From a virus (Duplodnaviria > Heunggongvirae > Uroviricota > Caudoviricetes), in IMG/VR virus record IMGVR_UViG_3300038393_000245, positions 12,289-76,288 of that record: a stretch of 64,000 nucleotides of DNA, one strand, 5' to 3'. Both the position numbers and the translations under genes were made by a program. The notes beneath the pieces were generated by a model. That model was given only the letters and a program-made list of their open reading frames with translations, ran no database searches and had not been told where the DNA came from. Each line of letters opens with the position of its first letter. Positions within the stretch are counted from its first letter, which is position 1. Below are positions 53,601-61,353 of the stretch, one piece after another.

Positions 53601-53788
53601 CTGGTTGTCATGTTTCCAGTCGCAATTCCATTAGAATACCACTGACCAGAAAGAGAGCTAGCTCCAGTCCATGTACCATTAGTTGCCGTTAGAGTTCCAC
53701 CTCTCGTTCCACTAATCGTAGGAGATATTACATTGATAGCTGCGGAAACAATCCGTCTTCGACTAGAAGCTGATAATCCTAAATGCAT
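50675..53788 (-). CDS. large virion appendage protein with lectin-like and glycoside-hydrolase/CBM-like domains
   Basis: About 1037 aa, Ser/Thr/Gly-rich; WVNIP...YVEVGNE.WN and YEA.QH resemble a TIM-barrel carbohydrate-active domain; start moved to 53788. Confidence 0.55.
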   Translation of the reverse strand: MHLGLSASSRRRIVSAAINVISPTISGTRGGTLTATNGTWTGASSLSGQWYSNGIATGNMTTSYTDSDTSKSLEYRVTALPGSVVAKSFLGSYYDPPTFSEDFNSYSDGTRLASRYQTGVGTYANTASPHISGWDAIGWQNGDADTTGFCQMLRIYNGKVQQTYSNTSGAWNTATVRDFGAPGGIWEITLCLEDAAGTEQNPQFIFSANSPDGSTPTGIRVLVRSDKLYAQWIRITAGSVDIIISSLPSPWQDGDKLKIKIDDTAKRIYAFQNNVAAGDPAGYDLSAWTGPWTSKSGFTNQYTGNRPPAGDNLINALTYTSLLSNTISSAIINVQSGGLPYQKQIDITANISATGATGAQYKIETESGEFVTDWTSMTLSGTTATATALLSDHVHEGEKFRILVRNVGGSVNTGSYLTAPNGYVLDQKMRLGLNDSFDDYWGNQLPGRDLFLSSTHALCVMTTGSTSDRVGVIAKGQDFSPNYGNWNLPYSPTQLYPDVDGSDNYRCCVYNGIQFRRTVATARSGVAPSTSDPSGSTTGWALYGYCSANTVNLSEGGLPTKLPDDPNLTIAYFPPWKLPSARYPATFHCKTQPGVKWNLAASAGGCTMQNANTSAGTFDIVYTSDSNPFLRVDRSTPIGNTFFISGVPTWETGGPAPDIGIPYAGMDKIGDYSPFYGRRNIHGDQVIEIFVTTPVGGFSAINNVPSGGRMEWKASADLANQSGHKMIWVNIPDLADDTYIDAQATFYRDHLNSGIDVYVEVGNERWNWSYYSPTLLLNRSRALDPSDPAYSPSNGDNKHLLHARETATKVARWKAVWGSQSNRVKGVLAWQTATSINTWKAMLDIDGNAYQHIDVIATAPYMNVDGSGHDVGSYTNTPQNIRDAVVASNQTNFNTYADIQMRSALSYEVGLTKTLFDWIPSYSVSKGLNKNSIGLVSYEASQHIVVTEKNWDDALGAGMGARATAMTSAYKQSSTYATTHAYYIDQMALTCPHLMMLFDYVGTQGSTAWWAHTDRTGNRTIEPYATAKAKALSYNAA

Positions 53789-54729
53789 TATAGATCGCCC
53801 GTTAGAGTCCATGTATCAGAAGCCACCTTCTTTACTGCAGCCACTGAATATTGACCAGCAAGAGTAAAGTCTGCTCCTCTTGAATTTAAAGTAACTCCAG
53901 ATCCGGGAGCCACGGTTAGTGCTCCAGCTCCTGTTTGCTCCATTTCAATAACCGTTCCAATTGGAAAATTCTGAGAACTCTCCGGAGGTATGGTGAATGT
54001 GACTGGAGAAGCGTTAGAAAATCGTATATATGTGGTAGCATCTGCTAAAACCGCTGAATAGGTAGTTCCAGTTTGAGATGACACAGAAGAACTTGAATCA
54101 CCTTTTGATCCAGTGTATCCGAGTGATCCCTGAGATCCGGTGTATCCGAGTGATCCCTGAGATCCAGTGAAACCAGTCGGACCATTTGTTCCTGAAGATC
54201 CAGTATACCCAGTAGGACCAACAGCCGTAGAAGCCGATCCAGTGAAACCAGTCGGACCAACAGGTCCAGTAGAACCCTGAGAGCCAGTGTATCCGGTAGG
54301 GCCAGACGCGGTTGAAGCAGAGCCGGTGAATCCCGTGGATCCTTGTGATCCGGTATAACCAGCAGAACCGGTGTATCCGGTAGGACCAACAGTCGTAGAA
54401 GCCGATCCGGTGTATCCCGATGGACCAATAGAACCTTGAGAACCGGTATATCCCATCAGACCTTGTGAACCGGTGTATCCGGTTCCTCCGATGGATCCAG
54501 TGTATCCAGTCGGACCAGCTGGTCCCGAAGGCCCCATAGAACCAGTATATCCTGTCGATCCAGCTCCGTCTGTTGGAAGATATCCTAATGAAGACCAGGC
54601 CGTAGTACCATCTCCTATCTTAATCTTTCCTGTGTCGGTCTCATACCCGAATTCTCCAGTAGATAAAACGGTATTCGCCGTAGACCAGCTGGTAGATGTT
54701 CCTCGTCGTATCTGAATCTTCTGAGCCAT
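53788..54729 (-). CDS. collagen-like fibre protein with Mtd_N-like N-terminal domain
   Basis: IQIRRGT..W...[19 protein letters not shown] followed by long G-X-Y repeats (GYTGS/GPT). Confidence 0.85.
   Translation of the reverse strand: MAQKIQIRRGTSTSWSTANTVLSTGEFGYETDTGKIKIGDGTTAWSSLGYLPTDGAGSTGYTGSMGPSGPAGPTGYTGSIGGTGYTGSQGLMGYTGSQGSIGPSGYTGSASTTVGPTGYTGSAGYTGSQGSTGFTGSASTASGPTGYTGSQGSTGPVGPTGFTGSASTAVGPTGYTGSSGTNGPTGFTGSQGSLGYTGSQGSLGYTGSKGDSSSSVSSQTGTTYSAVLADATTYIRFSNASPVTFTIPPESSQNFPIGTVIEMEQTGAGALTVAPGSGVTLNSRGADFTLAGQYSVAAVKKVASDTWTLTGDL
54105..54170 (-). repeat. 27-bp tandem repeat encoding GSQGSLGYT
   Basis: Near-identical duplicated unit in the collagen coding region. Confidence 0.7.
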
Positions 54730-54974
54730 TATGGAGTTCCCCCGTCTATATTAGTGATTGGATCATATGTTGACGTCGGAGTTCCTCCATCAATATCAGA
54801 AGAACTACTGACTCCTCCGGCAAAATAAGCTAAAGAATTCCAAGCGGTTGTTCCATCACCAATCTTGAGTTTCCCAGTATCGGTCTCATATCCAGGTTCG
54901 GCCTGAGCTAGAGTTGGATTTACTGATGACCAGTTGCTAGCGGTATCTCGTCTTAGTTCAATTTGTTGAGCCAC
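54729..54974 (-). CDS. small Mtd_N-like fibre component
   Basis: GTG start; [13 protein letters not shown]...[14 protein letters not shown] plus IDGG repeats. Confidence 0.75.
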   Translation of the reverse strand: MAQQIELRRDTASNWSSVNPTLAQAEPGYETDTGKLKIGDGTTAWNSLAYFAGGVSSSSDIDGGTPTSTYDPITNIDGGTP

Positions 54975-55335
54975 TAGCGTTACCTCCATCAATAATGGAA
55001 TTAGGATTGTGGATGGTGCTCGAACTGCCGCCGTCAATGCTTGCCAGAGGTTTGAAAATAGTGACAGCACTACCCCCATCAATACCGTTTAGAAAATTAC
55101 TCGATGATAGTTCAACCCACGTTCCATCGGCACTTAGGAACTTGGTTGTTCCTCCTCCTGAGTCTGATGTTAACTTAGATTTGATACTCGTACTGGTCTC
55201 ATCCCCAGTATTTATTCCCGATAGGTTTGTAAGAGGAACTTGAACTAGAGTAGTCCCATTTTTTAATCCAATTAAGGCCGTATCAGAATAATCAACAGAC
55301 TCTCCTAATGGCTTATCTCCAATATCTCCAGACAT
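54958..55335 (-). CDS. small virion protein with IDGG repeats
   Basis: Three IDGG motifs; late promoter upstream. Confidence 0.65.
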   Translation of the reverse strand: MSGDIGDKPLGESVDYSDTALIGLKNGTTLVQVPLTNLSGINTGDETSTSIKSKLTSDSGGGTTKFLSADGTWVELSSSNFLNGIDGGSAVTIFKPLASIDGGSSSTIHNPNSIIDGGNASGSTN

Positions 55336-55351
55336 GCTCTTCCTTTCACTA

Positions 55352-55358
55352 TATTTAG
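55352..55358 (-). promoter_or_regulatory. late promoter motif for fibre genes
   Basis: CTAAATA upstream of GAAAGGAAG RBS. Confidence 0.55.
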
Positions 55359-55371
55359 TGAACCAAGTCAG

Positions 55372-55400
55372 TTGACAATTCTAAATAGTTGTGTTATAAT
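55372..55400 (+). promoter_or_regulatory. consensus sigma70 promoter with an embedded late motif
   Basis: TTGACA-17-TATAAT; CTAAATA at 55381-55387 within the spacer. Confidence 0.75.
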
Positions 55401-55428
55401 AGCTTTGGCCTAATGAAGATGATAGAGT

Positions 55429-58029
55429 ATGAATATTGCATTTGTTGATACAGTTGGTTCTCCATACGATGGGTCTACTCCAAACAGCAGAGGATTAGGA
55501 GGATCGGAATCCTCTCTAATCTACATCTCTAGAGAGTTGAGTAGGATTGGACTCGATGTTACAGTATATAATGACTGTTCTAGCCTAGACTGTTCTCCAG
55601 GAACATATGATGGAGTCACTTATAAGACTCTCGATTCTCTAAGCGATAACATCTCGTACGATGTCGTAGTCGTATCTAGAAGCACTAGGCCCTTCACCTC
55701 TATTCGAATAGTTCAAGACGCTAAGTTCAGAGTTCTCTGGATGCATGATACGTTCTGCGATGGAGATGAGGACCTGGAGAGACTCGTTGTGAATGGTCTC
55801 ATAAGCGAGGTATGGACTCTTTCAGACTGGCACACCACGTACGTATCACAGTGTATTCATGGACACCGTCGAATGATGGAAGTCTTGAAGAGGAAGATCT
55901 GGGTGACGAGGAATGGAGTGAATCTCTATCGCCAGTGTGACATGTCACTCAAGAGTAAGAACAACTTCATTTTTAACGCGGCGGTCTCAAAGGGAATGGT
56001 TACTCTCCTGCAAGACGTCTGGCCAAGAGTAAGAGAGAGGATTCCAGAAGCGAATCTAACCATTATTGGCGGCGCGTATCCTCTTAAGAATGCTGATGTT
56101 CAGAATGATCTTCTGTCTCAATTGCGATCCGACCATGATGGAAGAAATGGCGTAAGGTTCACCGGAATCATCAGCCAATCAGACGTGTCGGAATATCTGG
56201 TTCGGTCGGGATTCATGATCTATCCTCAGAGCTTTCCTGAGACTTTTGGAATATCAACCGTAGAATCTCTAGCGTATGGAACTCCAGTGATCTCTGGCAG
56301 GTTTGGTGCCATGGAAGAGACCGCCATCGACTCCGCGTGCTATCTGATGGACTATCCGGTAGATTCAAACGTCTTGTATACGTTTGATAGAGATAGACAT
56401 ATAGAACAATTTGTCGATCTGGTAGTTAATTCCTATAATAATGATTATCTATGGCAACAGAAGCGTAATCTAGCTCTAAGTGTTAGAGAAGTCTGTGAAT
56501 GGTCTAGAGTAGCCCTTCAGTGGAAACAACACCTCTATCGAAAGACAGGAAGATACCTATCAGTCAATGAATATCGCGAGGTTCAACGAATAAACCACAG
56601 AACTCACGAGATATTTAATAAGAGATGGAGTAATATTGAAGAGTGGGCATATTACCCTGAAAGTGAAAAACACCTTGAAGTCATCATCCCATTTTACAAT
56701 TCTTCTCAATACCTTAGGAAGTGCATCGAATCAATAGCTGCTCAAAATTACGAGAGATTTAGAGTCCACCTAATTGATGATTGCTCTTCTGATGACAGTC
56801 AGAGAGTTATCGAAGAATCTATATCAGAATTCAATATTAGAGATAAAGTTCTTCGGTATATCAACGATGATAATGTTGGAGCTCTAGCCAATCAAATAGG
56901 AATTATTAGTCATCTCGACAAGGATAGCATCGTAGTTCTTATTGATGGAGACGATGCACTCTCTAATGACCCGAATATATTTAAAAAGATCAATTCAGAA
57001 TATCATCAAGGTGCCGAGATGACATATGGATCCATGTGGTCTATGGCAGATAACATACCATTAGTCGCACAGGAATATCCAAATGAAGTTTTTGAAGAAA
57101 AGTCCTTTAGAAGTCATAGATTTAATTGGAACATTCCTTACACGCATCTCAGAACGTTCTCTGTTTCTCTATTCAATCATGTTAATCTTAATGATCTCCG
57201 TGATGATAATGGTGTATATTACAAGGCCGGAGGCGACTCAGCACTATTTTATGCACTTATTGAACAATGCAAGGATCGTTTTTCGGTACGACCCATAAGA
57301 GACATCTTGTATCTCTACAATGATATAAATCCTATTAATGATTATAAGATCAACTCAGAAGAACAAACCAAGAACTCTTTGAATATTCTGAGTAAGAAGA
57401 ATCAGACTCCAATTAAAAAGAAGAATCAAAGAATTCTTATAGCCATCCCAACGGCTCAAAATATACACGCTCATACATTTAAGTCGATATATGACCTGGA
57501 TATTCCAGAAGGATTTGAGGTTGACTTCCAATTCTTTTATGGATATTGTGTCGATCAAGTAAGAAATCTTATCGCTAATTTTACGATAGAGAACAACTAT
57601 GATTATCTATTTTCGGTAGATTATGATATCGAATTCGATAGAGATACTCTTAAGAAGTTACTCTCTCACGATAAACATATTGTATCTGGATTGTATATTC
57701 AGAGGAAACCAGGACAGCATATTCTTGAAATATATCGCGATAATGGATTCGGAGGACAGAGTAACGTTGATATCAAGGATCTCCAAAAGAAGCTCGAGCC
57801 GATAGATGGATGTGGTTTCGGTTGTGTTCTTGTCAAGAGTGAGGTTCTTAGAGGGATTGGATATCCTCAGTTCACGTATCATCATGCCATTAAGATAGAA
57901 GATACAATATCAGAAGATGTAGATTTTTGTAGAAAAGCAAAATCTAAAGGATTTAAAATGTTTGCCGACACCACGATATTATGTCGGCACCATGGAAACA
58001 TAGCATTTGGAGTAATGAATGGTAAGTGA
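55429..58029 (+). CDS. three-domain glycosyltransferase (GT4-like + GT2 + GT-A)
   Basis: GLGGSE, LWMHD and ETFGIS..E.LA.G (GT-B); IIPFYN..IDD.S.D, IDGDD (GT2); ILIAIP, SVDYDI, CGFGCVL and SEDVDFC (GT-A). Confidence 0.9.
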   Translation: MNIAFVDTVGSPYDGSTPNSRGLGGSESSLIYISRELSRIGLDVTVYNDCSSLDCSPGTYDGVTYKTLDSLSDNISYDVVVVSRSTRPFTSIRIVQDAKFRVLWMHDTFCDGDEDLERLVVNGLISEVWTLSDWHTTYVSQCIHGHRRMMEVLKRKIWVTRNGVNLYRQCDMSLKSKNNFIFNAAVSKGMVTLLQDVWPRVRERIPEANLTIIGGAYPLKNADVQNDLLSQLRSDHDGRNGVRFTGIISQSDVSEYLVRSGFMIYPQSFPETFGISTVESLAYGTPVISGRFGAMEETAIDSACYLMDYPVDSNVLYTFDRDRHIEQFVDLVVNSYNNDYLWQQKRNLALSVREVCEWSRVALQWKQHLYRKTGRYLSVNEYREVQRINHRTHEIFNKRWSNIEEWAYYPESEKHLEVIIPFYNSSQYLRKCIESIAAQNYERFRVHLIDDCSSDDSQRVIEESISEFNIRDKVLRYINDDNVGALANQIGIISHLDKDSIVVLIDGDDALSNDPNIFKKINSEYHQGAEMTYGSMWSMADNIPLVAQEYPNEVFEEKSFRSHRFNWNIPYTHLRTFSVSLFNHVNLNDLRDDNGVYYKAGGDSALFYALIEQCKDRFSVRPIRDILYLYNDINPINDYKINSEEQTKNSLNILSKKNQTPIKKKNQRILIAIPTAQNIHAHTFKSIYDLDIPEGFEVDFQFFYGYCVDQVRNLIANFTIENNYDYLFSVDYDIEFDRDTLKKLLSHDKHIVSGLYIQRKPGQHILEIYRDNGFGGQSNVDIKDLQKKLEPIDGCGFGCVLVKSEVLRGIGYPQFTYHHAIKIEDTISEDVDFCRKAKSKGFKMFADTTILCRHHGNIAFGVMNGK

Positions 58030-58747
58030 AGTTTATGATACTGAATTTGCTTTAAACGAGTTCAGTATCGCAGGAGAGGTTCAGATGATGGATCGTCTCT
58101 CTCAATTCAATCTTAAAACGATATTCGACGTAGGAGCCAACATTGGAGAATGGTCCAAGATGGCCTTACAACGCAATGAAACTTCTGAGATTCACGCGTT
58201 TGAACCAATGCCATATGTCTTTAGAAATCTTATAAAGAATATATCTAATGATGAGAGAGTGATCCCTAATCCATTCGGACTATCTTCTAAAATGGAAATG
58301 CGAGATATGTTGTTCTCTCGAGATAATGATAGGTTGACGACTCCATGTTTAGAGTTAGCTCGAGAGAATCCAGAAATCATTCCTCTAATAATGGTAGCCG
58401 GAGATGATTATTGTCGAAGCAGAAATATCTATTCAATAGACATTCTTAAGATCGATACTGAGGGTCATGAATTTCAAGTTCTGAAAGGATTTGAAAACAT
58501 GATTAATGAACAGAAAATCAGCCTTATTCAGTTTGAGTACGGGTTCGCGAACGTACTAACCAAAGACTTGTTAATAGATTTTTATCGTTTGCTCAGACCA
58601 TTAGGATACGTCATAGGAATTCAAACTCCAAATGGAGTAGTTTTTAGAGATTATATTCTTCCACACGAAAACTTCATGGGTCCTAATTATGTAGCGGTCC
58701 ATGCTAACGATGCTCATATTATAAACGCTATTCAGGTGAATCCGTGA
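58019..58747 (+). CDS. FkbM family methyltransferase
   Basis: IFDVGANIG, FEP, LKIDTEG.E and IQFEY. Confidence 0.92.
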   Translation: MVSEVYDTEFALNEFSIAGEVQMMDRLSQFNLKTIFDVGANIGEWSKMALQRNETSEIHAFEPMPYVFRNLIKNISNDERVIPNPFGLSSKMEMRDMLFSRDNDRLTTPCLELARENPEIIPLIMVAGDDYCRSRNIYSIDILKIDTEGHEFQVLKGFENMINEQKISLIQFEYGFANVLTKDLLIDFYRLLRPLGYVIGIQTPNGVVFRDYILPHENFMGPNYVAVHANDAHIINAIQVNP

Positions 58748-59307
58748 AAAATCTGTGGGAAGTCTGGCCGGCTGCTTTAAGTTCCGAATATTGTGAATAT
58801 ATCATTCAAAAGGCCAAAAAGAGACCTCCAGTCGATGCTACGATTGGATTTGAATCGGGAGGAGTTCCTAATTCAAATCATAGAACATCTACTATTAGAT
58901 GGTTAGATGTTTTTAATGAAGACAGAGACATCTCAGAAACTTTAATGGGTTTCATAAGAATGTCTAATAGAACAAACTTTGGATTCGATATCTCTACAAT
59001 GAATGAGATACAATTTACTGAATATCATGGAGATTCCAAAGGACACTATGATTGGCACCATGACGTATATTGGGAAAATCCAATGCCATACGATAGAAAA
59101 TTATCTATCGTTGTTCAGCTCAGTGATCCTACAGATTATGAAGGAGGTCAATTTGAATTCTTTGGGATTCCATCTCCCGGAGACGAATGGAAACAACGAG
59201 GATCCGTTTTAATATTTCCATCATTCTTCTACCACAGAGTTCTTCCAGTAACCAGAGGACACAGGATATCTCTTGTATCGTGGATTGAAGGAACTAAGTG
59301 GAGTTAA
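58744..59307 (+). CDS. 2OG-Fe(II) oxygenase (prolyl 4-hydroxylase-like)
   Basis: Q.TEY, Y.WHHD, RKLS.VVQLS.P.DYEGG.F, FPS..YHRV.PVT.G.R.SLV.W. Confidence 0.92.
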   Translation: MKNLWEVWPAALSSEYCEYIIQKAKKRPPVDATIGFESGGVPNSNHRTSTIRWLDVFNEDRDISETLMGFIRMSNRTNFGFDISTMNEIQFTEYHGDSKGHYDWHHDVYWENPMPYDRKLSIVVQLSDPTDYEGGQFEFFGIPSPGDEWKQRGSVLIFPSFFYHRVLPVTRGHRISLVSWIEGTKWS

Positions 59308-60521
59308 GACTTCAATTGATCTATTTCTTTCTTTAACTCTTTAATAGCTTCTATCACTAGTGGAATTAGAGCGGCATAATCCACAGTCAGATATGAATCA
59401 TCAATTGGAGCTGGTCTTACCACTTCTGGAAGAACATTGTTAACTTCCTGAGCAGACACACCAACTCTTCTTCCTGTGTTCAAATATCCAAGAGATTCTG
59501 CTAGACTATTGGGTTCGTAATAGAATCCATTAATGCTCATAACCATATTAAGAGCATCGGTTATTAAACCGAGTCTTGTCTTTAGTCTATCATCAGAATA
59601 AGATGCCGTGATGTCTCCAGTGGCTCTTATCTCGCCGGTCGTTCCAGACGCCGAAGTTCCAACTCCTAGAGAGTTAACCTGTCCATTTGATCCAGTCGAG
59701 AATGCTCCCTGTGATCCAGTGTATCCGGTAGCTCCCTGAATTCCCTGTGATCCGGTAGACCCGGTGAACCCAGTTGGGCCAGTAGAACCATTAGCTCCCT
59801 GCGATCCAGTGTATCCGGTAGCTCCCTGAATTCCCTGCGATCCAGTAGACCCGGTGAATCCAGTTGGGCCAGTAGTTCCTGATGAACCCGTGAATCCTCT
59901 CGAACCGGTAAATCCAACAGCTCCCTGAATTCCCTGAGGACCTGTCGGCCCTGGATCTCCTTGCGATCCAGTGAATCCAATAGGACCAGTCGGTCCGGTG
60001 TTCCCAGTCGGTCCGGCGATACCCTGAGTTCCCTGAGGCCCCGTAGAACCCTGAGATCCCGTGTATCCTATAGGTCCCTGAGTTCCTGTAGATCCGACGA
60101 AACCTTGAGATCCAGTATAACCAATAGGACCAATCGGTCCAGCAGGGCCCAGAGATCCTGTGTATCCGATCGATCCTTGTGATCCAGTATATCCACCACC
60201 AGGTCCGGTCGGACCCATGGGTCCCGTCGATCCTTGAGAACCAGTATATCCGATTGAACCAGTGTATCCCTGAGAACCAGTGTATCCAATGGTTATATTA
60301 ACCCAAGAATTGTCACCCCTTAAAACAGTATTGGCACTTCTTGTTCCTGAAGAACCAATGAGAGATATTGGAACCATTGATGAGATTCGATCTCCAGGGA
60401 CACTTCCTGAAGTCATTGTTCCCGAAAAGCTTACATTAGCACCGAGGTCAGAATCTCCCTCTACCGCTAAATTACCTTTTGATCTTATTCCGTTCTTTGC
60501 GACGAATTCTTTATCGGCCAT
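59304..60521 (-). CDS. collagen-like tail fibre with C-terminal intramolecular chaperone (peptidase S74-like)
   Basis: Long G-X-Y run ([13 protein letters not shown]); SD.RLK, G.SAQEV..VLPEVV, VDY..L.PL.IEAIKEL. Confidence 0.9.
   Translation of the reverse strand: MADKEFVAKNGIRSKGNLAVEGDSDLGANVSFSGTMTSGSVPGDRISSMVPISLIGSSGTRSANTVLRGDNSWVNITIGYTGSQGYTGSIGYTGSQGSTGPMGPTGPGGGYTGSQGSIGYTGSLGPAGPIGPIGYTGSQGFVGSTGTQGPIGYTGSQGSTGPQGTQGIAGPTGNTGPTGPIGFTGSQGDPGPTGPQGIQGAVGFTGSRGFTGSSGTTGPTGFTGSTGSQGIQGATGYTGSQGANGSTGPTGFTGSTGSQGIQGATGYTGSQGAFSTGSNGQVNSLGVGTSASGTTGEIRATGDITASYSDDRLKTRLGLITDALNMVMSINGFYYEPNSLAESLGYLNTGRRVGVSAQEVNNVLPEVVRPAPIDDSYLTVDYAALIPLVIEAIKELKKEIDQLKS
59700..59880 (-). repeat. 90-bp tandem duplication in collagen region
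   Basis: [27 protein letters not shown] occurs twice with a 30-aa period. Confidence 0.7.
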
Positions 60522-60557
60522 AGTTCTCTTTCCCCAGGCGTTTATTTGTACTTATAG

Positions 60558-61178
60558 TTAAGTAGAAATCAGAGTTCTTGAAACGTTTATCTGAACATTA
60601 GAAGTGGCTGGAGTGACTAGAAGCCTAACATTGCCAGTGTTTATGTCAGATGCAAATGTAGCTAAAACAGAATTGCTTGATAGTGTAGCATATTCAGTAG
60701 AATATGTAGAAGATCCATCATGCATTAACATGATTTCAGTAGCTTGATATTTACTATTGACGGGATCCGTGATTGATATTACGTATTTTGCTGTTCGATA
60801 AGAATTTATTGAGAATGAATCAACCGTCTGTGTCGACGTATTTGATGTTGTTATTCTTATTGAGTGATCGTGAGATATACCATTGGCTCCAAGGGTCAAC
60901 CCCTTGTCGATTCTTACGAGATTATCAGTAAATACTGAGTTGGACGTTATAGTCAGCACTCCAGAGGAAACAGTATTTCCTCCACGAAGAGTATCACACG
61001 TGATCGTGTTAGAACCAAATGCTCCACTAACATATCCAGTTCCAACCGTAATAGCTCCATTCGCACTATTATTCGCTGTTACTATTTCGGTGTTAGCAAA
61101 GTCAATGATTCCATTTACTTTAACGACCCATGAATAAAATGTGTCAGTGTTGACATCAACGATTGGAAGTTGCTTCAT
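60558..61178 (-). CDS. virion structural protein
   Basis: DTF..WV.K.N N terminus; DSF....YRTAKY.I....YQ..E....HDG..Y..EY C-domain typical of T4-like fibre and baseplate genes. Confidence 0.7.
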   Translation of the reverse strand: MKQLPIVDVNTDTFYSWVVKVNGIIDFANTEIVTANNSANGAITVGTGYVSGAFGSNTITCDTLRGGNTVSSGVLTITSNSVFTDNLVRIDKGLTLGANGISHDHSIRITTSNTSTQTVDSFSINSYRTAKYVISITDPVNSKYQATEIMLMHDGSSTYSTEYATLSSNSVLATFASDINTGNVRLLVTPATSNVQINVSRTLIST

Positions 61179-61353
61179 CTATTCTCTTCTCCAGCTCAAG
61201 AACAAGGTTAGTGAGTATCGTCATTCTTCTTTTAAGTCTTTCGATCTCAATGACATTGTCTCTTTGAGCTTTATATACTTTCCATGCATTTTCGTCATTG
61301 TCTAGAACCGCTCCATGAGCATCCACAACGAATTGTTGAGATGAATCGATCAT
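61156..61353 (-). CDS. small hypothetical coiled-coil protein
   Basis: 65-aa ORF coupled to its neighbours. Confidence 0.65.
   Translation of the reverse strand: MIDSSQQFVVDAHGAVLDNDENAWKVYKAQRDNVIEIERLKRRMTILTNLVLELEKRIDEATSNR

Noticed and set aside
53788-60521. Repeats as a CRISPR array, or Mtd-like genes as a diversity-generating retroelement
   Set aside because: The repeats are in-frame collagen codons without spacers; no reverse transcriptase or TR/VR pair is visible in this window
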